Source: an uncultured Methanomicrobiales archaeon (GTDB lineage: Archaea > Halobacteriota > Methanomicrobia > Methanomicrobiales > Methanospirillaceae). From it: DNA of 64,000 nucleotides. Where the stretch lies: the NCBI GenBank assembly GCA_963758915.1, contig CAVWXH010000016.1, forward strand, positions 160,001 through 224,000, in the 5' to 3' direction. Shown here piece after piece: positions 31,536 to 41,201 of the stretch (position 1 is its first letter; each line of letters begins with the position of its first letter). The position numbers and the translations under genes are program-made. The notes below the pieces were generated by a model. That model was not told where the DNA came from and searched no databases. It was given only the letters and a program-made list of their open reading frames with translations.

Positions 31536-32019
31536 TCCTGTACCTCTGTGCCAGTTCCACGTAACTTTCAGCGTTGTGCACAATACTCTGTTTTTGTTCG
31601 GGGGTCGTCGGCCTGATCACTTTTCCTGGAACGCCAAGCACGAGAGAGCCGGGAGGGATATCCGCTCCTTCAGTTACTACCGTGCCTGCACCAAGAATAG
31701 AGTCTTCACCAATAACCGCTCCGTTCAGGACTATGGCCCCCATGCCGACAAGGACGCGGTCCCGGACCCTGCAACCGTGGAGTATCGCACCATGACCGAT
31801 CGAGACCTGGTTACCGATATGGACCGGGAACCCCTTACTTGTATGAATAACTGCATTATCCTGGACATTGGAAGATTCCCCGATGAAAATATCATCTTTG
31901 TCTCCCCTTACCACGGCTCCGAACCAGATACTGGCGTTTTCTTTGAGAGTTACAGAACCGAGGACTGTGGCATTTGGCGCAGTAAAACCAGAAGGGCCGG
32001 TGCATTTATCCATACTCAT
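31528..32019 (-). CDS. Gamma-carbonic anhydrase / hexapeptide-repeat family protein
   Basis: RGD, NVQDNAVIH, IGHGAILHG left-handed beta-helix. Confidence 0.9.
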   Translation of the reverse strand: MSMDKCTGPSGFTAPNATVLGSVTLKENASIWFGAVVRGDKDDIFIGESSNVQDNAVIHTSKGFPVHIGNQVSIGHGAILHGCRVRDRVLVGMGAIVLNGAVIGEDSILGAGTVVTEGADIPPGSLVLGVPGKVIRPTTPEQKQSIVHNAESYVELAQRYRNA

Positions 32020-32049
32020 AATACTATAGCAGTTTAACGATTCAAGCGA

Positions 32050-32529
32050 ATGAAGGTTATGGTAGGGGGCACATTTGATCCGCTGCATGATGGGCATAAA
32101 CAGCTCCTCGCCCGTTCATTTGACCTCGCAACTTCTGATGGTACCGTCGTACTTGGCCTGACAACCGATGCATTCGCAAGCGCAAAAAACCATCCTGTAC
32201 GCCCTTATAACGAAAGGGAAAGAAATGTATCCACATTTATTGAAAACCAGGGATATACAACAAAATGGCAGATCGAACCCTTATCCGATCGCTATGGTAC
32301 AGCGCTGGATGCAGATTTTGATGCTATCGTAGTCTCGGAGGAGACGCTTCCTGCAGCAACAGAGATTAACCGTCTCCGCCATGCAGCAGGACTGCATAAG
32401 GTCGATATTCACCAGATTACCTGCGTTCTCGCTGAAGACCGGCGCTGGATCTCCAGCACTCGGATATACCGTGGTGAAATTGACGAGCATGGACACCTGA
32501 CGGGTATAAAACCCGACAGTACCCGTTGA
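32050..32529 (+). CDS. coaD: Phosphopantetheine adenylyltransferase (archaeal)
   Basis: GGTFDPLHDGH, VVSEET, ISSTRI. Confidence 0.93.
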   Translation: MKVMVGGTFDPLHDGHKQLLARSFDLATSDGTVVLGLTTDAFASAKNHPVRPYNERERNVSTFIENQGYTTKWQIEPLSDRYGTALDADFDAIVVSEETLPAATEINRLRHAAGLHKVDIHQITCVLAEDRRWISSTRIYRGEIDEHGHLTGIKPDSTR

Positions 32530-32691
32530 TGATCATGCCGGGAAAGGCTATGAAGCCCAGGAAACAGGTGTAAATAGTCGGGAATAATGGGAAAACCGGG
32601 ATCAATTACAAACCCCCGACAGTAATTCCTGCAAGGGAACTTTCCTGGCTCTTTAGCAACTGTTTTTAATGTGAACCAACGTTATCCCCGG

Positions 32692-33162
32692 TTATATCAT
32701 ATGGCCCGTGATGTCGTTGGTGATAAGCCAGTCACAATACATGCAATGCAGCCCATTTGGAAGGACTTCAAACCTGCTGCTGACCGGTTCATGCGCGTTT
32801 GTTATGCATCCCGGGTTTGGGCACCTGACAACACCAAGAAGAAATTTGGGACGCTCTACCCCGCCTTTGGCATAAACCTTGTAATCACGGATGATGTTGA
32901 TTGAGACGCGGGGTGCAATAAGTGCGATACGGTCCATCTCCTCTTTTCGGAGTTCCCTGTTCTCAATTTTTACAATGTCTTTCCGTCCGATTTTCCCGCT
33001 TGTAACATTTGTGGCAACACTTACGGACTCTGTAGTAGTCCCGGTAATCCCGATTATTTTCAATACGTTCAGCGCCTCGCCTGATGTAATATGGTCGATG
33101 ACCGTACCATTTTTGATTGGGTTAATCAGGAGACCTTCAACCGGAGGCATAAGGGTCGTCAT
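32692..33162 (-). CDS. pyrI: Aspartate carbamoyltransferase regulatory chain
   Basis: IKNGTVIDHI, KDIVKIE, CPNPGCITN, CMYC. Confidence 0.96.
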   Translation of the reverse strand: MTTLMPPVEGLLINPIKNGTVIDHITSGEALNVLKIIGITGTTTESVSVATNVTSGKIGRKDIVKIENRELRKEEMDRIALIAPRVSINIIRDYKVYAKGGVERPKFLLGVVRCPNPGCITNAHEPVSSRFEVLPNGLHCMYCDWLITNDITGHMI

Positions 33163-34055
33163 TTCAATACCTCCTGGAGCATCGCCATTCTCACCGGGAC
33201 CCCGTTTCTTGACTGTTCAAAATACCTTGCATAGGGGAGGTCATCCACCTCTGGTTCAATTTCATCCACGCGTGGGAGCGGGTGCAATACGATAAGGTGA
33301 CTCCTCACACCATCGAGAAGTCCGGTTGTTATCTTGTAACTGGAAGAGACATCGAAATACGATGCTGAATCAGGGAACCGCTCCCTCTGGATACGGGTCA
33401 CATAGAGGACGTCCAGTTCTTTAATGATGTCCTCAACATGCTCATGCTCGATCACTTCGGTACCACGGTCACGGAGTTCCCCGATAAGCGCGGAAGGGAG
33501 TTCCAGTCCTTTCGGTGATATCACATGGATCCGGCTGCGGTACAACGAGAGGGCATACGCCAGTGAATGTGCTGTCCTTCCGTACCTGAGGTCCCCAATC
33601 ATTCCCACATCGATCCCGTCGAGCGGCAGGGACTGTTGTATTGTATAGAGGTCGAGCAGGGTCTGTGACGGGTGCTGTCCTGCCCCATCCCCGGCATTGA
33701 TGACCGGGACAGAGGCAAATTCACTTGCGAGCCTGGCCGCACCTTCCTTTGGATGCCTAAGGACAATTGCATCGGCGTACCCGCTTACCACCCGTATGGT
33801 ATCGGCAAGGGTCTCTCCTTTTGCCATCGAACTCGCCTCGATACTTCCTACCGATATTGAAGTCCCACCGAGACGGGCCATTGCTGCCTCAAATGACATA
33901 CGGGTCCTGGTACTTGGCTCAAAGAATAGAAGTGCGAGGATTTTATCGCTTAATGAATTCGCATTAAAATGCTGTGACGCAATATGATTGGCGTGGTTGA
34001 TCAGTTCATCGATAAATTGTCGATCAAGATCACGTATTGATATGATATGCTTCAT
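33159..34055 (-). CDS. pyrB: Aspartate carbamoyltransferase catalytic chain
   Basis: FFEPSTRT, HPSQTLLD, RIQRER, HPLPR. Confidence 0.97.
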   Translation of the reverse strand: MKHIISIRDLDRQFIDELINHANHIASQHFNANSLSDKILALLFFEPSTRTRMSFEAAMARLGGTSISVGSIEASSMAKGETLADTIRVVSGYADAIVLRHPKEGAARLASEFASVPVINAGDGAGQHPSQTLLDLYTIQQSLPLDGIDVGMIGDLRYGRTAHSLAYALSLYRSRIHVISPKGLELPSALIGELRDRGTEVIEHEHVEDIIKELDVLYVTRIQRERFPDSASYFDVSSSYKITTGLLDGVRSHLIVLHPLPRVDEIEPEVDDLPYARYFEQSRNGVPVRMAMLQEVLK

Positions 34056-34107
34056 TTAAAATCCCCATTCTCGTAATGGTCCACGGAATATCGCGCTCCA
34101 TCCCGTT

Positions 34108-34224
34108 ACACAGAAGAAAATCCCCGGGTTGTACCCTACAGGGGTGATTTCTGCTGTGTGGCAGGACTATCATGATGCTATTATCCCGCCGTGATTATGA
34201 AGATATGGAATCATGCCACGGGAT
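34108..34224 (-). promoter_or_regulatory. Two imperfect hairpins in the pyrBI leader
   Basis: Inverted repeats at 34108-34159 and 34183-34224. Confidence 0.45.
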
Positions 34225-34305
34225 TAGGTCACCGGAGTCCCTGTATGGTACCTGACCCCGGATTGGTAACGATACTATTTAACCCGGCAATCAGGTACGT
34301 GGGTA

Positions 34306-35034
34306 TCAGACGAGCGGATTCAGATAGACTGACCGTGTAAAACTCTCCACTTGCGAGGCCATTTCGTCAAGTTCACGTTTATCAGAAGCAACCTGGTCAC
34401 GGTACATACTCGGGTATTGTGAAATCTCCTGTTCGTTGATGATATCGAGCGCATCCATTATCTGGAATTTGGCCTTCCTGAGTTCTGATTTCATTTTCAC
34501 CGGGTCCCCGATGGTTACATACTGTGTGGCATGCCACATGGTGGATACTCCCTCATATTTCAGGATGGTGTAATTCATGATTCCAATGAGTGTTTTTCTT
34601 TCATTTCTTTCAGTCTCACTAACTGGGTTTATCGTGTAAAGGTCAGACCTTAATGACTCAATTCTCTGGACAGCTCCGGGGATCAGCAGGTATCGGAGGT
34701 GATTGACATCATCACTCTTGGAAAAATCAAGTTTCAGGTACTGCTCATTGGTGTCAGTGTTAATGACCCGGAGAGTTTTCCATGCCTTATCAAGTCTGTC
34801 TTTGTTAGTCTCTTCAATATTCCCATTATATTGGTCTCCCTTGCCCTGGTTTTCAGGAGATGTGTTATTCGGGAGAGCTGTAACCATGTCCGGGCTTATG
34901 ACTGCAGGGTTGTCTGAATTGTTGCCATGAAGTGACAGGCCGGTACCCGTGCATCCACAGAGAAGGGTGAAAACAAGAAGGATAAGAGTAAAACTACTCA
35001 TATAGAAGTATTTTTTATGTCTCTGGAATGACAT
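34306..35034 (-). CDS. Hypothetical lipoprotein
   Basis: Hydrophobic signal ending in LLCG-C lipobox; helical body; start uncertain. Confidence 0.7.
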   Translation of the reverse strand: MSFQRHKKYFYMSSFTLILLVFTLLCGCTGTGLSLHGNNSDNPAVISPDMVTALPNNTSPENQGKGDQYNGNIEETNKDRLDKAWKTLRVINTDTNEQYLKLDFSKSDDVNHLRYLLIPGAVQRIESLRSDLYTINPVSETERNERKTLIGIMNYTILKYEGVSTMWHATQYVTIGDPVKMKSELRKAKFQIMDALDIINEQEISQYPSMYRDQVASDKRELDEMASQVESFTRSVYLNPLV

Positions 35035-35291
35035 GCTGACTAATTTTCTTCTTGTTAGCCAATAAACATTCTGGCTTAACAATTACCTGTTACAAACAAT
35101 CATTTTTTTAATACAAAGCAGAATCACAGGGTTATTGAAATATCTTCTGTACTATGTTCTCTTATTGCCATTTATTGGGGATGAGGGTTTCATTTGACGA
35201 TTGGTGTCTGATATATTTGAATTCCCGGCTCTGTCGAAATGCTCTCAAATTCATCGAGTGGATTAGGGTATTCTCAAATTTACCGACGTAA

Positions 35292-35466
35292 CGGCGGCTT
35301 CGTCGAGCACCCTGGTAACCCCGGTTGGGATAGGGAATGGCCTTTCGCTCCCTGAAATTTTCAGGAATCCTGCACAAAGGATATCTTGTCGTGGGTCGGA
35401 CAGGGACCAGGTGAAACCCCCTCCTGTCTGCGAATATTTCCTTCCTATTTCTAAAAATGCAGTGTT
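35292..35466 (-). repeat. Dispersed intergenic repeat, copy 6
   Basis: Reverse complement contains GACAGGAGGGGGTTTCACC, GATATCCTTTG, CCTGAAAATTTCAG, CATTCCCTATCCCAACCGGGGTT. Confidence 0.78.
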
Positions 35467-35559
35467 AAAACAAAGCCGGATATCCTGAATGTACCTGCTG
35501 TCAGACCCCAAAAAAGAAACTTTGGCGGCGTGACCCTTGTTCAGGGATCTGCTTCCCGG

Positions 35560-37104
35560 TTATCGCCTGCAAGGCCTGTTCCCGGCTGGCTCGATCCGTG
35601 TTGCCCTTGTTATAAGGAGATTATATGAGTCGTGTTGCGGGTTATATCTGACCAGCACACCGGAAATATCGACCTGTTCCGCGTAGCCGGCTTTCATGAT
35701 ATATTCATTTTCAGATGAAAGATGGTATGACGGCATCACGGCATACACAGGTTTTTGTGGCGTCCCGTCGCAGAGTTTCCAGAGGTGGGTCTTGCTGTTG
35801 CCAAGGTCCCCGGACATAACCGCTGCACCGGTATTGATCCTCCTGTCGACATGGCGTGAAAGCGTCGATAATGCCGCCGTCTTTTTCCGGGCTCCGGTTG
35901 TATAATCCGATGCCTTGTTAGACGGACTTTTTTTCAGGACTGCATAGGAATACTTGATATCCGTATTGAGGAAGCGGTATGACTCCTTGCACGAGGCGAC
36001 CAGTTCCATCAGACGGGTAGGCCGTAGTGGCGGCTTTTCTATGAAACTCCAACAATGCTGTGAATTACAGGTCTTTGTCCATCCTGGAGGACAGGGTGCA
36101 ATGACGTCGAGTCCGGACATGGCGAGTTCCTGGACCGTCTGTCTCATAGTTGTTGAATTAACCATGTCTGCGGGCTCGGTGATCACCAGTACACCGTCCT
36201 GTGACAACACTTCTGACAGGACCTTTACCCGGGCTGCCCTTTGCCTGACCGTCAGCCCTGTAAGTTCATTCAGGACATTCTGGAACACGAGCAGGTCAAC
36301 GTCACGTGGAAGGGCCCCTGTAGAGACCGTGGTGAGGTCTTCAGGTAATGGATCTTTTATAGTGATTCCCGCGACACCGTCTGAAAACCTTCTGGTAAGG
36401 AACGTAAATGCCTCGCGCTGCTCCCCTGAGAGTTCAACAGCATGGAGTGTGGCGTTACCATGTCCGGAACGCGAGAGGAAATCTATCGTCGCTAACGCTG
36501 CCACCCCCGGGCCGCTTCCAATATCAAGGATTGTCATGTCCTCTTTGAGGAGTCCGTAAGAGACAAGCATTCCGAGAATATGTTCAAACTGGATGAAATA
36601 TACAGGGAACTGGTAGGCAAGGTATGCAAATATCCGATACCCCTGCTCATACTGGACCTTTTTCTTCAACCCTTCCCGCCAGTAATCTCCTTTCTGGGCG
36701 ATGACTGCCTGGCGTATTCTTTCAAGAATAACAGGGTCGTCCCACTGTTTTCCGGTCTTTTTTGTGATATATTCCCTGATCAGTTCATCAAGTGGCCGTG
36801 GGACTTTTGGTTCCCCGAAAAATCTCCAGTGCCGCTTCTTATCCTCTGGTGTAAGTGTAAGTTTTTCTTTTACCAGTCCCTTTGAACAGGTAGATATTTC
36901 ATAATCACTCCCTGTGTTTTTCATTGAAAGGCCGAGGTCTGGAAGCTGCTGTTGAATTTTTTCAATAAGGTCCACCGTACAACTATCTTTTTTTGCACCC
37001 TTTAATCCCGGAATAACTTCGGAAAGCATGAAAGTCGTTCTCTCTTTTGATAACCGGCTTATTTTTGAGAAAACGTCATGGTCTGACATCAGCAGTATAT
37101 GCAC
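35560..37104 (-). CDS. Class I SAM-dependent methyltransferase, Rsm22/METTL17-like
   Basis: AYLAYQFP, LDIGSGPG, NVLNEL, VITEPA, IAPC..C..C, KYSYAVL. Confidence 0.75.
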   Translation of the reverse strand: MHILLMSDHDVFSKISRLSKERTTFMLSEVIPGLKGAKKDSCTVDLIEKIQQQLPDLGLSMKNTGSDYEISTCSKGLVKEKLTLTPEDKKRHWRFFGEPKVPRPLDELIREYITKKTGKQWDDPVILERIRQAVIAQKGDYWREGLKKKVQYEQGYRIFAYLAYQFPVYFIQFEHILGMLVSYGLLKEDMTILDIGSGPGVAALATIDFLSRSGHGNATLHAVELSGEQREAFTFLTRRFSDGVAGITIKDPLPEDLTTVSTGALPRDVDLLVFQNVLNELTGLTVRQRAARVKVLSEVLSQDGVLVITEPADMVNSTTMRQTVQELAMSGLDVIAPCPPGWTKTCNSQHCWSFIEKPPLRPTRLMELVASCKESYRFLNTDIKYSYAVLKKSPSNKASDYTTGARKKTAALSTLSRHVDRRINTGAAVMSGDLGNSKTHLWKLCDGTPQKPVYAVMPSYHLSSENEYIMKAGYAEQVDISGVLVRYNPQHDSYNLLITRATRIEPAGNRPCRR

Positions 37105-37360
37105 GAGCTAAGTGGATAAGCATAATGGTTACTAATGGGGTTGCCAGGAACCGGGCAATAGCTGACTCTCCCTGTCAACCGGATGACGTTATCGGGTGTA
37201 ATGAAACAGCGACAATTATATTGTGCCAATGCCGTATTCCTGTGTCAGGTTATCATTATGGCCGCCAGCCTATTCCTGGTTTTAAAAGACACTTACCCCT
37301 GACATCAATGGTGCCGGGAATACGAAAGAATTATCCGGCAGGGTACAAAAAATATTCCTG

Positions 37361-37741
37361 ATGACACTTATTTTTATTATCGAAGATAATGAAAATATCG
37401 CTGATAGCCTGGCCTATTTTATCAAGTACCTTGCCCATTATGACACTCTTATTGCTAACTCGGCAGAGGTAGCGTATGATACCCTTATGAAGGGTGTAAA
37501 TCCTGATCTTATCCTCCTCGATGTAAAACTTCCCGGGATGGACGGAATTGATTTTCTTTCCAGGATCCACAGGGATCCCAAACTGAAGGATGCAAAGGTA
37601 ATAATTTATACCGGTATGCCGGAGAACAAAGTCCGTGAAGAGCTTGAAGGGAGAAATATTTTTGTTCACCATATTATCCAGAAGCCGGCAAGTCCAGCAG
37701 GCCTGATTGCTACTATTGACGCAGAACTGAAAGGAAAATAA
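37361..37741 (+). CDS. Stand-alone response regulator (receiver domain)
   Basis: IIEDN, LLDVKLPGMDG, QKP. Confidence 0.9.
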   Translation: MTLIFIIEDNENIADSLAYFIKYLAHYDTLIANSAEVAYDTLMKGVNPDLILLDVKLPGMDGIDFLSRIHRDPKLKDAKVIIYTGMPENKVREELEGRNIFVHHIIQKPASPAGLIATIDAELKGK

Positions 37742-37970
37742 TCGCATACCAATTTGTGTGTTTTTTTATGTACTGGTGTACCCGTCACCTGAAAAAATGA
37801 ATTCTTATTACCAATTTCTAAATTGGAGAGTTTAGGTGACGAATCTCGCGTTCACCCATGAATTAATTCGGTAATTCCGGTAATGGCATAACCGTTAATT
37901 CAAGTGCCGCCGGGAGGAGACTCTTCCTGGACAAAAAAAACCGGCATTATTGCCACGGATAAAAAAAATA

Positions 37971-38528
37971 TTATTTCCCCGGGGACATCAGATAGGCACC
38001 CGCACCCAGGGCCCATATGATCAGTGGGTAGGCAATCATTCGTTCCATACCCCCTATACCCAGCCCGAGATAGATTTTTGATGCGAGGAGTATCGTTGCG
38101 ACGAGAGTTATAATGCCGAATATCGGTGAAAGAAGGGAAAAAGGTCCTCTGAACACTTTATATCCGGTGATCGCACAAAGCCCGCCTGATACAAATACGA
38201 TTCCGGCTGCAATTACATGCGGTACTCCCAGTGTTTCCGGGATAAGCCCGACAAGGGTCGCCCCGGCCCCTGCAAGTCCGAGGAGTATGGTGAAATACCT
38301 GTTTGTGCCGATGTTCAGCAACAGATATGCGCTGATAATGAGGGATATGCCGAAAATGAAAATAGTTGAATTAAACAACCATGCAGCAGGGCCTACCCCA
38401 AGGTCACTGATAACCTGCGTTACATGGTACCCGGGATACAAGGCTTCGGATACGATGATACCCAAAAAAAATGTGGCAGTTCCGACAAAGGTCAGCATTC
38501 CCGCTAGCAGTTTATTTGTATATTTCAT
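37971..38528 (-). CDS. DUF998 family membrane protein
   Basis: YPGY...ISDLG, conserved His in HVIAA, GGMERM; about 5 TMs. Confidence 0.82.
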   Translation of the reverse strand: MKYTNKLLAGMLTFVGTATFFLGIIVSEALYPGYHVTQVISDLGVGPAAWLFNSTIFIFGISLIISAYLLLNIGTNRYFTILLGLAGAGATLVGLIPETLGVPHVIAAGIVFVSGGLCAITGYKVFRGPFSLLSPIFGIITLVATILLASKIYLGLGIGGMERMIAYPLIIWALGAGAYLMSPGK

Positions 38529-38691
38529 GAAAATGATAACCTCCGAGGTAACGATGGGTTTATTGGATATTAGAGGATTGCGAATTAACCAGCGACTGTA
38601 TAACCTTCATCTGTTCAAAACAACAGACTTTCCAATATCCCGGTCTGTCGAGCTTGCTGCTTAATATGGAGAAAGGAGATTATTATCTCTG

Positions 38692-40230
38692 ATGAATATT
38701 CCGCTTCGCCTGCAACAGATTGAAAAAGAGATTGGGCATCTGTCACCAGTGCAAAAAATCCTCCTGGGGACTGATGGCTCAGTAACCCAGTTACTTGAGG
38801 CAATCACCGGAAAACAGATAGTAATAACGACCAGAGTACAGGAAATTATTTCTGCAACTCCCGAGATTGCCCAAAAACTGGAAATATTGGCAGGAAGTCA
38901 CGTCAACCACCGGGTTGTTGAAATAAAAAATGATGATTCCGGGGAGGTGTTAATCTATGCAATTTCATATACCCCAATTGATCGACTGCCACCCGGATTC
39001 CGTAATGACCTTATCAGGGCGGATATCCCCATCGGGAAAATAATTGCCCAACACAGGATAGAAGCCCGCCGTGAAATTCTCTATGCTGATGTAAGGCCTG
39101 CTTCAGGAGAACCAGCAGCGATATTCAGAATGTTTCGGAATGAGCCACTCCTATCAAGAGAATACCAGATAATTCATGGAGGGCAGCCGCTTATTATCAT
39201 CCAGGAGCAATTTCCCTATCATAAATTCCTCGATGAGCGCCGGGTAATTATTGAGACGCCCTCCCGCCTCCATGTAAGTCTGATAGACATGAATGGTATG
39301 GCTGGAAGAGTGGACGGGGGAATTGGAATTGCACTTGAAGAACCCAGTTTACTTCTAGAAGCACGGCTAGCTGGTGAAATAGCAGTAAAAGGAGGTGATG
39401 AATGGTTCAGTAACACTGTCCTTTCAGTGGCCAGAAATGTCCTTGATCAGCTTAAAATCAAGGGAGGTATTGAGTTCACACTTCGAAACCACTTCAGGCA
39501 ACATGCCGGTCTGGGTAGCGGAACGCAGGTTGCACTTGCAACGGCACGGGCGATATGTGAGTTATATGACCGACGACATACAACCAGTGAACTTGCAATC
39601 CTTACCGGACGTGGTGGGACCTCAGGGATTGGAACAGGTGCATTTGAGTTTGGAGGCTTTTTAATCGACGGGGGGCATAATTTTGGCCCGGGCAAGGAAA
39701 AAACAGTGTTCTCTCCTTCCGGGGCATCCAGGGGGGTACACCCTGCTCGTGTAATAGTCCACCATGATTTTCCCCCGGACTGGAACATTCTCCTCGCGAT
39801 CCCCAACCTTCCGCCCGGTGCAAGCGGTGTACGGGAGCAGGATATTTTTTCGCATTATTGTCCAGTTCCTGGTGAAGAAGTACGGGAGATCTGCTATGAA
39901 ATACTCATGCATATGATCCCTGGCATCGTGGAACATGATCTTGATCTTTTCGCACGTGCTGTCAACAGGGTCCAGGATCTCGGATTTAAACAAGTGGAAC
40001 TTGGTCTCCAGCACAAGGATATCCGGGCTTTGTTCAGGATAATGCTTGATGCAGGAGCTGCCTGTGCAGGAATGAGTTCATTCGGCCCTACCCTTTATGC
40101 GATAGGTGATTCTGATTTACTCGCTGTAAACGAGGCAGTTGTAAAACACATGGGACCGCTCGGGGGCGGTACCACCATTCTCACCAGCGCGAGGAATACC
40201 GGTGCTTCTGTCCGTTGCGTGGGAACCTGA
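38692..40230 (+). CDS. Fusion of chorismate pyruvate-lyase-like (DUF98/UbiC) domain and beta-RFAP synthase (GHMP kinase fold)
   Basis: N-terminal LLGTDGSVTQLLE...DIPIGKII; C-terminal TPSRLH..LID, HAGLGSGTQ, RGGTSGIG, GMSSFGP. Confidence 0.9.
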   Translation: MNIPLRLQQIEKEIGHLSPVQKILLGTDGSVTQLLEAITGKQIVITTRVQEIISATPEIAQKLEILAGSHVNHRVVEIKNDDSGEVLIYAISYTPIDRLPPGFRNDLIRADIPIGKIIAQHRIEARREILYADVRPASGEPAAIFRMFRNEPLLSREYQIIHGGQPLIIIQEQFPYHKFLDERRVIIETPSRLHVSLIDMNGMAGRVDGGIGIALEEPSLLLEARLAGEIAVKGGDEWFSNTVLSVARNVLDQLKIKGGIEFTLRNHFRQHAGLGSGTQVALATARAICELYDRRHTTSELAILTGRGGTSGIGTGAFEFGGFLIDGGHNFGPGKEKTVFSPSGASRGVHPARVIVHHDFPPDWNILLAIPNLPPGASGVREQDIFSHYCPVPGEEVREICYEILMHMIPGIVEHDLDLFARAVNRVQDLGFKQVELGLQHKDIRALFRIMLDAGAACAGMSSFGPTLYAIGDSDLLAVNEAVVKHMGPLGGGTTILTSARNTGASVRCVGT

Positions 40231-40463
40231 CAGGGCTGGTAGCAACCGGGTTAGGTACTCCGTTCTGAAATCATCGATGTTGTCTTCAGAAAGATCACGG
40301 TGTACCGATAGTACCGTTCCATGAGTAATGCAGAGTTTTTTAGCAATAGCCCGGGTAGAAAAGTCCTCCCTGATGTGTAACATATGTGGAAGATTGTCAT
40401 AAGGATAGGCCGGAAAAGTACTAATATAAAATGTGAGTAGAATCTTTGAATTTGATGTTCAAA

Positions 40464-40535
40464 AGCCGCTGGAGGGATTTGAACCCTCGACCTGCTGATT
40501 ACGAATCAGCCGCTATACCCCTAAGCCACGGCGGC
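40464..40535 (-). tRNA. tRNA-Thr (anticodon CGT)
   Basis: GCTGA-TT-CGT-AA-TCAGC anticodon arm, GAGGGTTCAAATCCCTC T-arm. Confidence 0.94.
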
Positions 40536-40618
40536 AAAAATATCCCATATCTATTGTAGTTCAGCATTTATTAACATTTAGAGTGGTATGCCGGGATACG
40601 TCCTGAAAAAAACCGGTA

Positions 40619-40915
40619 TCAGGAGTAACCCCTGATCGTCGTTACGTTATCAACCGACGGGCGCTCTCCTTTGGGCTCTATCTTGCCGAATTTTGATTCA
40701 AAATCTGCCATTGTTTTTTCAAGGACTGCAAGGAGGTTCTTTGCATGGGTAGGGGTAATACTCACTATAGCCTTGGCCCTTGCCTGGTTAACACCGGGTA
40801 GCTGGTGAAGGAAGACAAAGGTGAATTCATCTTCCTTGTACGCTATCTGGATCATGTTGCTATAGACCGGGTCGAGAGTCTGTGGAATATTTACGGATAT
40901 TTCCTGATTTGTCAT
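40619..40915 (-). CDS. DUF3467 domain protein
   Basis: VYSN, EFTFVF, TPTHAKNL...FESKFGKI pattern. Confidence 0.8.
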   Translation of the reverse strand: MTNQEISVNIPQTLDPVYSNMIQIAYKEDEFTFVFLHQLPGVNQARAKAIVSITPTHAKNLLAVLEKTMADFESKFGKIEPKGERPSVDNVTTIRGYS

Positions 40916-41201
40916 ACCAGATACTATTGTTCTGAATTCATAAAAACAGTACTAATTTTTTACAAAGGTTCTGGGGTTTGCTTCGTCATGAAAGGATGTA
41001 ATGTAACATACGACTCCCTTCTTTCACCATCGTTATTCATACCGGGGTGTTGGGATAACCAGCAGCCTGCAACAAATAAAGTATCAATTTGCTGTTTTTT
41101 CCAATTCCAAATGATCCAGTATAGTCATTGAGTGAAGATAATGGTATACATTATCATGCATCACTGTAAAGATTAATACTGTTAAGAGGGATGTATTCAT
41201 C

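Noticed and set aside
32575-32650. Possible seventh copy of the dispersed repeat (GGGAAAA...ACCCCCGA)
   Set aside because: Similarity too weak to call by eye
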